NCBI RefSeq assembly: GCF_058153355.1
Contig: NZ_CM177019.1
Length of the DNA stretch: 64,000 bases
Reading direction: 5' to 3' (one strand)
Shown: one piece after another, positions 1-13,050 of the stretch
Layout: each line of letters begins with the position of its first letter
How positions within the stretch are numbered: position 1 is the stretch's first letter
Translations under genes and position numbers: made by a program
Notes under the pieces: generated by a model
Told to the model about the DNA's origin: nothing
What the model saw: only the letters and a program-made list of their open reading frames with translations
Databases searched by the model: none

Positions 1-94
1 TGCTAAAATTTCTCTATCCCGGGATGCCCCTACCAACGCAGCACTCCCGGAGATATCATTACAGCTCTGCAACTGATTTCCGCGACTGAACCGC

Positions 95-505
95 TCAGTT
101 CCTATCCTTCCAGTTGCCTTCCTGCAGCCCCCCCTCCCTGCTGTATACCCCGGTACCACAACGCGGGCAGCACTTTTCTCCTTCATAATCTTCGTCACAC
201 ATCACACAAAACCACTTTCTCACCTTCACCGTATAATCCGGAACCGTCATACCCTGCAGATGCAAACGACGGGCCTCTTTCTCTGCCGGGTCAAGCCAGG
301 TGCATCGCAGCAGGATTTTCTCAGCGACAGTCATCTGGTCATGTTCAAACCACGGTGGTTGTCCGTCATTGCCCCGCTGAAGTGTTAACGGGCATCCACA
401 GGACACACAGCACAAAACGTCCTGGCGGTTGTGCTTCGCTGCTTCTTTCGCCGTAACAAAATGGCCTTTGCTGTCATTCGCCATATAACAGTTCAGAATT
501 CGCAT
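95..505 (-). CDS. hypothetical Cys-rich (putative zinc-binding) protein, paralog A
   Basis: ORF with AGGAGG 6 nt upstream of the ATG at 505; contains CxxC pairs and a PWFEH motif shared with the adjacent ORF. Start trimmed from the track ORF to the SD-supported ATG. Confidence 0.5.
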   Translation of the reverse strand: MRILNCYMANDSKGHFVTAKEAAKHNRQDVLCCVSCGCPLTLQRGNDGQPPWFEHDQMTVAEKILLRCTWLDPAEKEARRLHLQGMTVPDYTVKVRKWFCVMCDEDYEGEKCCPRCGTGVYSREGGLQEGNWKDRN

Positions 506-900
506 ATTTCCTCCTGAGTTGTCCGGGGAATACTGAATCCTCCGGTCTGGCAGTGTGTGCAGTACCGCTCCCCATAATAATCGTGGTGACATTGTCTGCA
601 GTGCCAGCTGGCTTTACGCACCACGGGTAAGGCACCCGGTACGAATTGCTGCAGACGTTTAATCAACTGTATTTCTCTGCGCTCCGGCCTGACATAAGGG
701 CACTGTTGACCGTGCTCTGTCAGCCTGTCGTCAGTGTGTTCAAACCAGGGAAGTTCAGTGTCGTATTGCGGATGGTATCTGAGTGCACTGCCACACAAGT
801 GGCAGGTGTAGTTAGCATAAGGTGCGGCCTGTGCAGTACGGGCGCCCGTCAGACGTCCGTTGCCATCAAGAGCGATAAAGGATTTTGCGTACATAGCCAT
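493..900 (-). CDS. hypothetical Cys-rich (putative zinc-binding) protein, paralog B
   Basis: 135-aa ORF with GAGGA before the ATG; CxxC pairs and a PWFEH motif; its stop lies 8 nt before the start of paralog A. Confidence 0.5.
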   Translation of the reverse strand: MAMYAKSFIALDGNGRLTGARTAQAAPYANYTCHLCGSALRYHPQYDTELPWFEHTDDRLTEHGQQCPYVRPERREIQLIKRLQQFVPGALPVVRKASWHCRQCHHDYYGERYCTHCQTGGFSIPRTTQEEICEF

Positions 901-1153
901 ATTCCTCAGCCGCCAGACGACACGCAGGCAACAGCCGTCCCGGTACGGGCAGCGTGGTCAGGGTGTGAATGGCGGTTCAGTTAAAATCTGGACTGGAGTT
1001 TGGGTAAAGCAGGCTGGTTGCTGTTACAGCACTGTGGTTGTCACACAATGGAACACTGACGTAAAAAACAGTCAGTGGGCGAGTGGATACATCGTTGCCG
1101 CCAGACAACAACCCATACTTTTGGTTTGCCGGATATTGGCGCGCCAGTCGTGC

Positions 1154-1759
1154 TCAACTCCGGCTACAGCCAAAATTGCGCTCACCGGTGCAGTGAGCTT
1201 TGGTATGTTCCTTCGCCAGATAGTCAGCACGTTCCAGCACCTGCTGAAAGCCAGTGTCATCATCGCGTTCCAGCCACACCGCCGGCCAGGCCGGAAAATG
1301 CACCAGCGTGGCATGGCACCCGACATCCACTCCCAGGGCACTGCACCACGCCTGTTTAATCATCCCGGCCAGTGATCCCGGAGCACGGTAATCACCGGCA
1401 CGACACCAGGTATCCCGGTTAACCAGCAGCATCAGGTGATAGTGTTTTTTACCTTTGCACTCCCCAAACTCCCGGGCCCAGACGTAATGCAGGGTTGTGG
1501 GATGCACGCGTTTACCTTCCCGATGCTTACGTTTCTGGTAAGCGTCGATTCGGGCTTTCAGGGCATTGATGAAGCGGGATATCACAGCTGCGTCCGTTGC
1601 TGCCGGTACATCCGGGAAACGCAGGTCAACCCGCAATGCCGTCAGGCGGGGATGAACATTCAGTGCGTGCCGCACCGTCTCACGAATACGTTGCTGCCAG
1701 AAGGGGTTGTATTTGTAGGTCATGGTTAAATCTCCGTATGGTTCATACGGAATAGCCAC
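1154..1759 (-). CDS. inovirus Gp2-family protein (YagK/YfjJ-like)
   Basis: 201-aa ORF; N-terminal MTYKYNPFWQQRIRE and overall sequence match my recollection of the YfjJ/YagK family in CP4 elements. True start may be the internal Met at 1723. Confidence 0.6.
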   Translation of the reverse strand: MAIPYEPYGDLTMTYKYNPFWQQRIRETVRHALNVHPRLTALRVDLRFPDVPAATDAAVISRFINALKARIDAYQKRKHREGKRVHPTTLHYVWAREFGECKGKKHYHLMLLVNRDTWCRAGDYRAPGSLAGMIKQAWCSALGVDVGCHATLVHFPAWPAVWLERDDDTGFQQVLERADYLAKEHTKAHCTGERNFGCSRS

Positions 1760-1918
1760 GTCGTAAAAAATGCGCAGAGTCCCTGAAGTGACCTCCGGCA
1801 GGACACTGTCTCAGGCACTCTGTGATACCCCAACTATCGTCTCCGGACTGACGGTTGAATTTTCAGCGTTGTTTTTTTAATGTAAAAAACCGGTTACGGG
1901 TAAGGCTGTGAGGAGGGA

Positions 1919-2116
1919 GTGATGGTGATACGCAAAAAGAAGTGCAGGGACTGTGGAAACGCGATTACTCATAATACATGTTGCCCGTATTGTGGTTCTG
2001 TCGACCCCTTCGGCTATTACCGGAATACAGACCGTATCGTTACCATACTGCTGGCACTGATTATTGTGGTCCTGCTGACTACTGTCAGCGTCAGTCAGTG
2101 TGTATATACTGTGTAG
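1919..2116 (+). CDS. small zinc-ribbon membrane protein (hypothetical)
   Basis: GGAGGG SD before the ATG; CxxC...CxxC followed by a hydrophobic helix. Preferred over the overlapping minus-strand ORF 1877..2197. Confidence 0.35.
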   Translation: MMVIRKKKCRDCGNAITHNTCCPYCGSVDPFGYYRNTDRIVTILLALIIVVLLTTVSVSQCVYTV

Positions 2117-3248
2117 CTGGTGAGATAACGGTTCATGTATCCCCTGAGCTGACAGTGTACCGGGTATATTAAGCGTAACCGACAGGTTCTCCTTCATACC
2201 ATATTAAATTTTTCCAGGTATTGCCGCTGCCTTATTTCGTCCCATACAGGAAAACTCGTCTGGGTTTCTGACAAATACGCGAAACTCACAGCCCCTCAAT
2301 ATCAACCACACGCTGTAAGCCGGTAATACCTGAAAATCAGCCTATTACCGCCCGCGCCTCCGTTACCGAACGCTCAGGTGACCAGACTGAAGCCCAGCAC
2401 GCACTCGTAAAATTTGCGGTCAGTTCCGTCAGTCAGTGGGCAACCGCAGAGTTACGGGCTTCCAGGTCCACAGGAGTGAGTCTATAACGCGTGTGGGAAA
2501 TCATTTTTTCTGGCGTTGACAGAACGCCTTACGGGCTGCCACTTACCCGGTGTCCCGCAATACAGCCTTAGTGTTCCGTTATCGGGGATCAGGACGCACC
2601 GCAACAACCGGGGAAGTATTTCTGGTTAGAGCTGTGTCAAGAGGGATTTCTCAGCCCCTCACTCACCGGCTCAGTCTCAGGGCAGAAGCATTAATACGCT
2701 CAGTTCATGTCTTATACAGGAATGGGCATGGGGGGAGCTGGCGTGTCACTGCTGATTTTACGCATCAGCGTTCATGTATCTGCACTCTGATACAGAATGC
2801 TTCACAGCGCTCTGTTACCGGAGAGATTTACTCTCTTAGGTTATTCTGGCAAATCCTTTACGTTACTCTCTGATGACTTCTTATATTTATAATACCAATC
2901 AGACAACCTTATCCCATCGGTGATATCAGTCTCCTGCTCGCCAGGAACGGGCTGACTCACTGTAACCACCTCCGAAAACAACTCTGCAATTATCAGAACG
3001 CCTGCTTCTCTCCCTGTCCTCACGAAAACTATCCCCTCTTTATCGCGCGTGCGTGCGGAAGCATCTTTTCGCAACAACCCCCCCGGGATTCCGCTACGGC
3101 TCTGCCATCGCAATCCCCCCGTTTATCTCCGGACAGCCACATTCCCGATTATTTTTTACGTTTCTCCCCGGTTGTTATGCCGGTGAAGGTGGCGCGCTGT
3201 TTTCATGACCACACCGGCTGGTTTAACAACATCCGGAGGAACATTCTC

Positions 3249-3455
3249 ATGGCTACCCCAGTTTCGCTGATGGATGACCAGATGGTCGACATGGCGTTTA
3301 TCACTCAACTGACCGGCCTAACCGATAAGTGGTTTGACAAACTCATCAAAGATGGGGGCTTTCCTGCGCCCATCAAAATGGGGCGCAGCTCCCGCTGGCT
3401 GAAAAGTGAAGTGGAAGCCTGGCTGCAGGCGCGTATTGCACAGTCCCGTCCGTAA
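3249..3455 (+). CDS. alpA: AlpA-family phage transcriptional regulator (Xis-like DNA-binding)
   Basis: 68-aa product with GGAGGA SD 8 nt upstream; sequence (ITQLTGL...WFDKLIKDGGFPAPIKMGRSSRWL) matches the AlpA family. Upstream part of the track ORF rejected. Confidence 0.8.
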   Translation: MATPVSLMDDQMVDMAFITQLTGLTDKWFDKLIKDGGFPAPIKMGRSSRWLKSEVEAWLQARIAQSRP

Positions 3456-3542
3456 TTTTTAACCACTAACCCTTCGCCCACAGCAGACGCAATCTCCGGC
3501 CTGCCGGCGGCGCTCTGCTGCCTGTTATCCCCCGTGAGGAAT

Positions 3543-4151
3543 ATGAAAATGAAACAACAGTATCAGACCCGTTACGAGCTGCTCCATGAAAACTACCAGA
3601 AATGGCTGACCGGCTTCACCCGGCACGCCGTATCATGGGGCGTGTGTCATCCGAATATCTACTATTTCCATAATCTGACGCCCGGGTGGGTGTCATTCAA
3701 TGGCGAAAAACCGGAGATTGCCATCGTTCCCCAGAGTCTGCACCGGCTGATTTATGGTCCGGACAAACGGAGCTCCCCGTCCCTGGATGATGATCTGGTG
3801 GTGAATTTATGCACCAGCGAACACCTGCTGGTTCATCATCCGATGCTGGAAGGGATCCTGCTGTCTGAATGTGAGCGCCTGAAGCAACATTCTCTGGCAA
3901 ACAAACTGATCAGCCTCTTCCGTCAGTTTGGCGGCACGGAGTTACGTCTCAAACTGGTCTGGCTCTGCTGGCTTGACTTAATGACCGGAAACAGCCTTGA
4001 CGACTGGACGAAAAACCTGAAACACAAATCAGAAAAAGATCTGGAGCAATGGATCATTGCACGTCAGGGTCAGAGTGAACCACTGACAAATCTGATGGAT
4101 CAGTACGTGCTTATGGCATACCGTACATCGGTTGATGCCGCTCACAGTTGA
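3543..4151 (+). CDS. hypothetical protein (CP4-like element)
   Basis: Long ORF with GAGGAA SD and an ATG start; no recognisable motifs. Confidence 0.45.
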   Translation: MKMKQQYQTRYELLHENYQKWLTGFTRHAVSWGVCHPNIYYFHNLTPGWVSFNGEKPEIAIVPQSLHRLIYGPDKRSSPSLDDDLVVNLCTSEHLLVHHPMLEGILLSECERLKQHSLANKLISLFRQFGGTELRLKLVWLCWLDLMTGNSLDDWTKNLKHKSEKDLEQWIIARQGQSEPLTNLMDQYVLMAYRTSVDAAHS

Positions 4152-5012
4152 TGTCTGAGAACCACAGGCTGGCAGCAGAAAACCAGCCCTGTGGTAAAAT
4201 ACAGTAATAGCGGCGTACATCAGGCACGCCGCTCACTCGTCCACAGATCATATACGTCATTATACTGCGCGATAACGGAGGGCTTCAGCACCCGGTCATT
4301 TCTGAGCGGGTATGAATACCATTGATGATGCGAAGCAGCCACGGGCAGAAACGTTCTTCACAACCAGGTGCCTCCATCTTCACTGCAGTCTGAATGTGCC
4401 GGCTTGTTATCCACCAGAAATGGTATGCTCCGGTACATGCATACCCCGGAGACTATAAACGCACTGAATCATAGCCTCCCACCTCAGCAGGAGGCAGTCA
4501 GCTTTCAGGCGGAAAAACGTTGCAGTTAAAGATCGTGAGAATCGCTGTTTCGTTGCATAGCAACCCGAACAGTTGTAGTGAAACATTTTACCTGCATCAG
4601 CACATGGTCAGGCGCCGTCTGTATGGCGTGGAATACTGATGTTTCGGCTGATGGCAAGCCTCATTCTCTGTGGAAACAGGGGCGCGCATTAGCTTCTCAA
4701 CCAGAGAGTGTCACAAAGACAAATATTGCTGAAAATCGCATTCATCGTTCAGGCGTGAATGCCCGGAGACAAAAGCCGCTGTCCACACAGTCCCCCTCTG
4801 ACCTGAACAAAAAGCATACACACAACAGGCTCACCTGACCCCGAAAAACCATAACTTCAGCAATACCAGTGACACCAGCACGTTACCTCAGTGCCACATC
4901 TTCAGACCGCGATCAATCTGAAATGTGACTATCGGGGCAATATCCCTGCTTTGTGGTACACGATAACCAGAAAACATCCCCTGAACCGCCAGCCAGAAAG
5001 ACTGGCCACAAA

Positions 5013-6970
<1,958 letters not shown>

Positions 6971-8404
6971 AAGGGGTAAGCTGAAATCGTTTATGGATTA
7001 CATCGACATATGCCTGGCAGAGAATGTCCGGAATGACGAGGTTATCTTTGCGGAGATTAAGGCAATGGTATACGGGCCGACGTTCCATGCCGCGTTACTA
7101 CATTCAGCCCGGACGTAAAATGCGCCCGTCAAAAAGAACGGTTCGCTTCGAAACTCAGCCAGGATACCACCTCTCCGCCACACCCGAGAAGAAGTTGATA
7201 TGGTGGTTGCCGGACAACAGCGCTCCTGGATTGACTGCTGCATCACTCAACCACGCTGAATATCAAAGGAGAGCGTTACCGGTTAAAAGAGAAACGTAAA
7301 GCTGTGGTGATGACCCAAAACGCAACGCCTGTCAGTGAGGATGAAATGGTGAAAAGCGGACAGCATCAGTAACGGAAGTATCTTAGCGGGTACGAAAATG
7401 GCAGGATCGTGACATTGACAGAATATCTCCTGATCATCCTGAATGACTGCAGTTGCTGTAGAAAAGTAAGCTGTCTCCACCCACGGCACCACTTAACAGG
7501 CATTCCGTAACTTCCCCCAGACTTACTATGACGCATTATCGGTGCACTGAAAACGGGAGAGTGCGCTTAAAACCGCAGACCGCATGCGGGTGTTACTGCA
7601 TGACAGTCTGGCCGTATTGTGAGATGTCGGCAGGAACCGATGTCCGCGCAGGGGGGAACTTCCTGCAGTACCTGACGCTTCAAATGGTATTAACCGTAGG
7701 GTGTTGTTGGTTCCGGATCGCGGAAATGGGAGCACAGGTCTGCTACGGGGTGTACCTCTGACAGTATATCCGGCTCGCTCATCTGACAGCCTCTCTCCCG
7801 GAAAAGACCAAAAATGAGATCGTCTCCTCAACAGCAGAGAAGAGGTCTTGACAGACAGGCTACATTGCATACGATTTATGAAGAAAAAGACAGCAAATAT
7901 GGAGGTTATAGCGGAGAATACCCTACGAAATTCCTATGAAAAACGATTGAAAAAAATATCAAATTCGATTCGTTTTTATATGCTTTTTGGGAGCGTGGCG
8001 ATGACGAACTGTTGCATGTGCAGAGGAGAATGCACCCGGAAGCACCAGAATCATCCAGAAAGGCAGAACGATTACGCATCAAACCAGGAGACAGCAATAT
8101 CAAGGTAATATACTGATTTAAAATGAATTTACAGCAATACGTAAAAACATTTTTTACTTAAAGGAGACAGATGCGCTGAAGAGAGTGCAGGTATTTTTAT
8201 ATAAAAATGAGAAGTTTACGGGATGTATATCCGGCACACTATGACCGGAGAATATCAGTCAAGCTTAAAAAGACAATAAATACAGTGAGTTAAATACACA
8301 GAGAAAACGTAGTATCAGAGGGTACATCTGTAAGCGTCTTATCAGGACCGTCTGGCAAATTCCCGATGCTTTGGACAAAGTATCCACCACTAAATTAATA
8401 GTGG

Positions 8405-8833
8405 GTGATAAAAATGTCAGATATACAAAAAAATGCCTCTCCGGGAAGGCCTAAAGGGTGCCTGAATTATCCTCCTGAATTCAAACAACGACTCATAGAA
8501 GCATCATTCCAGCCAGGTGTTTCAATTTCCAGACTGGCCCTGGACAATGGTATTAATGCCAATCTGTTGTTCAAATGGCGTCAGAAATGGCGGCAGGGGA
8601 AGATAAAATTGCCATCATCAGAATCAGGCAGAGAATCTCAGTTAATTCCTGTCACTATTGATGCCCAACTCCCAACTGCTCCGGCTAATGAGCCACTGAC
8701 CGCAAGACCGTCAGTAACACCGGAAATACACAGCATCTCCTGTGAGATTACGTTCAGAAACGGCACCCTTCGGTTGAACGGGGCAGTGAATGAAAATCTG
8801 CTGTCCTTGCTTATACAGGAGCTGAGACGGTGA
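8405..8833 (+). CDS. IS66-family accessory protein TnpA (orfA)
   Basis: First ORF of the IS66 trio; start may be the ATG at 8414 rather than the GTG at 8405. Confidence 0.8.
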   Translation: MIKMSDIQKNASPGRPKGCLNYPPEFKQRLIEASFQPGVSISRLALDNGINANLLFKWRQKWRQGKIKLPSSESGRESQLIPVTIDAQLPTAPANEPLTARPSVTPEIHSISCEITFRNGTLRLNGAVNENLLSLLIQELRR

Positions 8834-9177
8834 TATCTCTCCCTGCAGGTTCGCGTATCTGGCTGGTTGCAGGTATCACCGATATGCGAAATGGCTTTAA
8901 CGGCCTGGCCTCAAAAGTTCAGAACGTCCTGAAGGATGACCCGTTCTCCGGGCATCTGTTCATCTTCCGCGGACGCCGGGGTGACCAGATAAAAGTGTTG
9001 TGGGCTGACAGTGACGGACTGTGCCTCTTCACCAGACGCCTGGAGCGGGGCCGCTTCGTCTGGCCGGTCACCCGTGACGGCAAGGTGCACCTTACTCCGG
9101 CCCAGTTATCCATGCTTCTTGAGGGCATCGACTGGAAACACCCGAAACGAACGGAACGCGCTGGCATCCGCATATAA
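8830..9177 (+). CDS. IS66-family accessory protein TnpB (orfB)
   Basis: 115-aa product; GTG start overlaps the orfA stop (GTGA). Confidence 0.85.
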   Translation: MISLPAGSRIWLVAGITDMRNGFNGLASKVQNVLKDDPFSGHLFIFRGRRGDQIKVLWADSDGLCLFTRRLERGRFVWPVTRDGKVHLTPAQLSMLLEGIDWKHPKRTERAGIRI

Positions 9178-9196
9178 CCCGTTGTAAAGTGAGGAT

Positions 9197-10768
9197 ATGG
9201 ACACCTCACTTGCTCATGAGAATGCCCGCCTGCGGGCACTGTTGCAGACGCAACAGGACACCATCCGCCAGATGGCGAAATACAACCGCCTGCTCTCACA
9301 GCGGGTGGCGGCTTATGCTTCCGAAATCAACCGGCTGAAGGCGCTGGTTGCAAAACTGCAGCGCATGCAGTTCGGTAAAAGCTCAGAAAAACTTCGTGCA
9401 AAAACCGAACGGCAGATACAGGAAGCACAGGAGCGAATCAGCGCTCTTCAGGAAGAAATGGCGGAAACGCTGGGTGAGCAATATGACCCGGTACTGCCAT
9501 CTCCCCTGCGCCAGTCTTCAGCCCGTAAACCGTTACCTGCCTCACTTCCCCGTGAAACCCGGGTCATCCGTCCGGAAGAGGAATGCTGCCCGGCCTGTGG
9601 TGGCGAACTCAGTTCTCTGGGATGTGATGTGTCAGAGCAACTGGAGCTTATCAGCAGCGCCTTTAAGGTTATCGAAACACAACGTCCGAAACTGGCCTGT
9701 TGCCGGTGCGACCATATCGTGCAGGCTCCGGTGCCTTCAAAACCCATTGCACGCAGTTATGCCGGAGCGGGGCTTCTGGCCCATGTTGTCGCTGGAAAAT
9801 ATGCAGACCATCTGCCGTTATACCGCCAGTCAGAAATATACCGTCGTCAGGGCGTGGAGCTGAGCCGTGCCACACTGGGGCGCTGGACAGGTGCTGTTGC
9901 TGAACTGCTGGAACCGCTGTATGACATCCTGCGCCAGTATGTGCTGATGCCCGGTAAAGTCCATGCCGATGATATCCCCGTTCCGGTCCAGGAGCCGGGC
10001 AGCGGTAAAACAAGGACTGCCCGGCTGTGGGTCTACGTTCGTGATGACCGTAACGCCGGTTCGGAAATGCCTCCGGCGGTCTGGTTCGCGTACAGCCCGG
10101 ACCGGAAAGGTATCCATCCACAGAATCATCTGGCCGGTTACAGCGGAGTGCTTCAGGCCGATGCTTACGGTGGTTACCGGGCGTTGTACGAATCCGGCAG
10201 AATAACGGAAGCCGCATGTATGGCTCATGCCCGGAGAAAAATCCACGATGTGCATGCAAGAGTGCCCACCGACATCACCACGGAAGCCCTGCAGCGTATC
10301 GGTGAACTGTATGCCATCGAGGCAGAGGTCCGGGGCTGTTCAGCAGAACAGCGTCTGGCGGCAAGAAAAGCCAGAGCCGCGCCACTGATGCAGTCACTGT
10401 ATGACTGGATACAGCAACAGATGAAAACACTGTCGCGTCACTCGGACACGGCAAAAGCGTTCGCATACCTGCTGAAACAGTGGGATGCACTGAACGTGTA
10501 CTGCAGTAATGGCTGGGTGGAAATCGACAACAACATCGCAGAGAACGCCTTACGGGGAGTGGCCGTAGGCCGGAAAAACTGGCTCTTCGCGGGTTCTGAC
10601 AGCGGTGGTGAACATGCTGCGGTGTTGTACTCGCTGATCGGCACATGCCGTCTGAACAATGTGGAGCCAGAAAAGTGGCTGCGTTACGTCATTGAACATA
10701 TCCAGGACTGGCCGGCAAACCGGGTACGCGATCTGTTGCCCTGGAAAGTTGATCTGAGCTCTCAGTAA
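9197..10768 (+). CDS. IS66-family transposase TnpC
   Basis: 523-aa product with N-terminal coiled coil, a CxxC zinc-finger region and a DDE core; a second copy of its 3' two-thirds recurs at 53803..54843. Confidence 0.9.
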   Translation: MDTSLAHENARLRALLQTQQDTIRQMAKYNRLLSQRVAAYASEINRLKALVAKLQRMQFGKSSEKLRAKTERQIQEAQERISALQEEMAETLGEQYDPVLPSPLRQSSARKPLPASLPRETRVIRPEEECCPACGGELSSLGCDVSEQLELISSAFKVIETQRPKLACCRCDHIVQAPVPSKPIARSYAGAGLLAHVVAGKYADHLPLYRQSEIYRRQGVELSRATLGRWTGAVAELLEPLYDILRQYVLMPGKVHADDIPVPVQEPGSGKTRTARLWVYVRDDRNAGSEMPPAVWFAYSPDRKGIHPQNHLAGYSGVLQADAYGGYRALYESGRITEAACMAHARRKIHDVHARVPTDITTEALQRIGELYAIEAEVRGCSAEQRLAARKARAAPLMQSLYDWIQQQMKTLSRHSDTAKAFAYLLKQWDALNVYCSNGWVEIDNNIAENALRGVAVGRKNWLFAGSDSGGEHAAVLYSLIGTCRLNNVEPEKWLRYVIEHIQDWPANRVRDLLPWKVDLSSQ

Positions 10769-10967
10769 ATATCAATACGGTTCTGGCGAGCCGCTTACGT
10801 ACATCTTACAACAGAGACTGAATTTCCGGTTTTTCATAACCGGCGCATTCCGGAAAGTGCAGGCGGCCCGGAGGTTTTCTGACGCCACTACCTGGTAGAT
10901 TGTTCTGTACATCATGTACGGAGGTTTTTGTTTGCTTTTTTAAAATCTGCAAATGTGAGAAAAGCAG

Positions 10968-12131
10968 GTGAGGTGTATTGTGGGAAAGGAACTGGATGAT
11001 ATCTGCACCAGCTGTCCGTATATCGATGCTGTAAAACGGCACAAACAACAGCTCGGTGCCATAGAGGAATATACACAGTGGTTAAAAAAAGAACCACGGG
11101 CATCTTATTTTTTTCTGTTCCAGCTGTATACCCGCATTCACAATACATTTTTCTCCCAAAAGCAACAACTCCCGTTCACTCCCGGTGGCACTCACTGCCC
11201 GGAACCTGATGTCACCCTTCGGGACTTAACGCTTTCCCCTGGCTACCACAGTGATTATGCCCCTCAACCCATTCCGGAGATGGACAGTTCTGCTGTTGTT
11301 CCCCCAACTAATGAAAACACCTCGCCTCCGGAAGATACTCCCGACAACACTCCGGCCGGAGGCAATACCGGACAAGCGGAAAAGACCAGAAACGCAGGAC
11401 TCACACCCATTCCTGAAAAACGTTCAGGAATGCCCCCGGAACATCTGCGGTTTGCCACGGGGTTTCCATCGCAACCGAAGATTGCCGGTCCCAGAGAAAA
11501 GCCGATGCGCACCGTGCATCCGGATAAAATCTACCGTGAAATTATATGGTTCTGCTCCAGTTACCTGCTGAAATCCGGACCAGAGGCTACGAGGACGATT
11601 ATCAACTCAGTATTCTCTGAATGGGCCAGCATAAACAATGATTACCCCTCCCCCTTTTCGTGGGTGGACAGCAGGGACAGTGAACAGTGTGACTGGTTAT
11701 GGAACGCCATGCAGGTCCGGTGTGTGGGAACCCCGCTGAATCCCCTTACCCCGGAGCAGAAATACTGGTTTGCCTGCGCCACGTTTGATAACTGGGAGGG
11801 CTGGAATGAGCAACAGGTACAGTTTTTACTGGAAAGTAATCCCAGACGGAACAGAGCGAAGTTTACGCAGGTCTCCTTCCAGGCCCCCAGGATTCAGCAT
11901 AAAGCGATTCTTCTTGATGAGCTGAAAAGTGCCCGGGAGCAACAAAAAAGGCGTGATGAACGTGCTGATGGTTCCGTCCCTCTGAAACTGTCCGGAAAAA
12001 TCCACAAACAGCTTGAAAGTATTGCCCGAAGTCGTGGTGTCCTCCCAAAAAAACTGCTGAATGAAATGATTGAGCAGGCGTACCATGATTTGGTGGCAAC
12101 CAGGCAGAACTGCCAAATCGATTCCAGATAA
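10968..12131 (+). CDS. hypothetical protein (island backbone)
   Basis: 387-aa ORF with no recognisable motif; the true start may be further downstream. Confidence 0.4.
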   Translation: MRCIVGKELDDICTSCPYIDAVKRHKQQLGAIEEYTQWLKKEPRASYFFLFQLYTRIHNTFFSQKQQLPFTPGGTHCPEPDVTLRDLTLSPGYHSDYAPQPIPEMDSSAVVPPTNENTSPPEDTPDNTPAGGNTGQAEKTRNAGLTPIPEKRSGMPPEHLRFATGFPSQPKIAGPREKPMRTVHPDKIYREIIWFCSSYLLKSGPEATRTIINSVFSEWASINNDYPSPFSWVDSRDSEQCDWLWNAMQVRCVGTPLNPLTPEQKYWFACATFDNWEGWNEQQVQFLLESNPRRNRAKFTQVSFQAPRIQHKAILLDELKSAREQQKRRDERADGSVPLKLSGKIHKQLESIARSRGVLPKKLLNEMIEQAYHDLVATRQNCQIDSR

Positions 12132-12214
12132 TTTCAGACAGATATTATTTCCGTGAATCCCCCGCCACCTTTCCGGTGCGCGGGGTTTTGTCTTTTTTCA
12201 CCGGGAATACATGT

Positions 12215-12874
12215 ATGAATCCGTCTGATGCCATTGAGGCAATTGAAAAACCGCTCTCCTCCCTGCCTTACTCACTTTCCCGTCACATCCTGGAACATCT
12301 GCGCAAACTCACCAGTCACGAACCCGTGCCTGGCATTATGGGTAAAAGCGGGGCCGGTAAATCCTCACTCTGTAATGCGCTGTTTCAGGGGGAGGTCACC
12401 CCGGTCAGTGATGTTCACGCCGGCACCCGGGAAGTGCAGCGCTTCCGTCTGAATGGCCATGGTCACAGCATGGTTATCACTGACCTGCCCGGGGTGGGCG
12501 AGAGCCGGGACAGGGATGCAGAGTATGAAGCCCTGTACCGTGACATTCTGCTCGAACTGGACCTGGTACTGTGGCTGATTAAAGCCGATGACCGTGCCCT
12601 GTCTGTGGATGAGTATTTCTGGCGACACATCCTGCACCGGGGACATCAGCGGGTACTGTTTGTGGTGATGCAGGCCGATAAAACGGAGCCCTGCCATGAA
12701 TGGGATATGGCCGGTATTCAGCCTTCTCCCGCAGAGGCACAGAACATTCGCGAAAAAACGGAGGCGGTATTCCGTCTGTTCCGGCCCGTACATCGGGTTG
12801 TTGCCGTATCGGCCCGCACCGGCTGGGAACTGAACCCGGTGGTGATGTACCAGGCTGTTGTTACAGATTTTTAA
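12215..12874 (+). CDS. yeeP: YeeP/YfjP/YkfA-family small GTPase (50S ribosome-binding GTPase-like)
   Basis: G1 motif GIMGKSGAGKSS and G3 motif DLPG; backbone gene of CP4-type elements; may be C-terminally shorter than YfjP. Confidence 0.65.
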   Translation: MNPSDAIEAIEKPLSSLPYSLSRHILEHLRKLTSHEPVPGIMGKSGAGKSSLCNALFQGEVTPVSDVHAGTREVQRFRLNGHGHSMVITDLPGVGESRDRDAEYEALYRDILLELDLVLWLIKADDRALSVDEYFWRHILHRGHQRVLFVVMQADKTEPCHEWDMAGIQPSPAEAQNIREKTEAVFRLFRPVHRVVAVSARTGWELNPVVMYQAVVTDF

Positions 12875-13050
12875 CTCCATGAAAACACTATGCAAACGCA
12901 GCCATACCCGGGTTGTCCCCTTGCGTTGTGTTTCTCAAGTTAATAGAATACATCAATCGTTACTATCATATCGATCGTTATAAACAATCGTTTGTAGTAA
13001 ATGACCTCCTCCGTGGTTGTCATGAAAATGCGTCTTAGGAAGGTTAAATA

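Larger units (their letters stand above)
8330..10798 (+). mobile_element. IS66-family insertion sequence (ISEc8-like), intact, 2469 bp, with 8-bp target-site duplication GTACATCT
   Basis: Terminal inverted repeats GTAAGCG... at 8330 and ...CGCTTAC at 10798; three-ORF IS66 organisation; GTACATCT at 8322..8329 and 10799..10806. Confidence 0.85.

Noticed and set aside
1877-2197. 106-aa minus-strand ORF
   Set aside because: It overlaps the SD-supported plus-strand zinc-ribbon ORF and has no recognisable features; only low confidence either way.
7024-8108. Small ORFs between IS100 and the IS66-family element
   Set aside because: Short, overlapping, without SD or recognisable motifs; probably decayed remnants.
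9348-10259. ORFs overlapping IS66 tnpC in other frames or on the opposite strand (9348..9863, 9448..9747, 9669..10259, 9830..10255, 9963..10205), with duplicates at 53722..54516
   Set aside because: They lie entirely inside the well-supported transposase gene and are typical spurious ORFs in GC-rich sequence.
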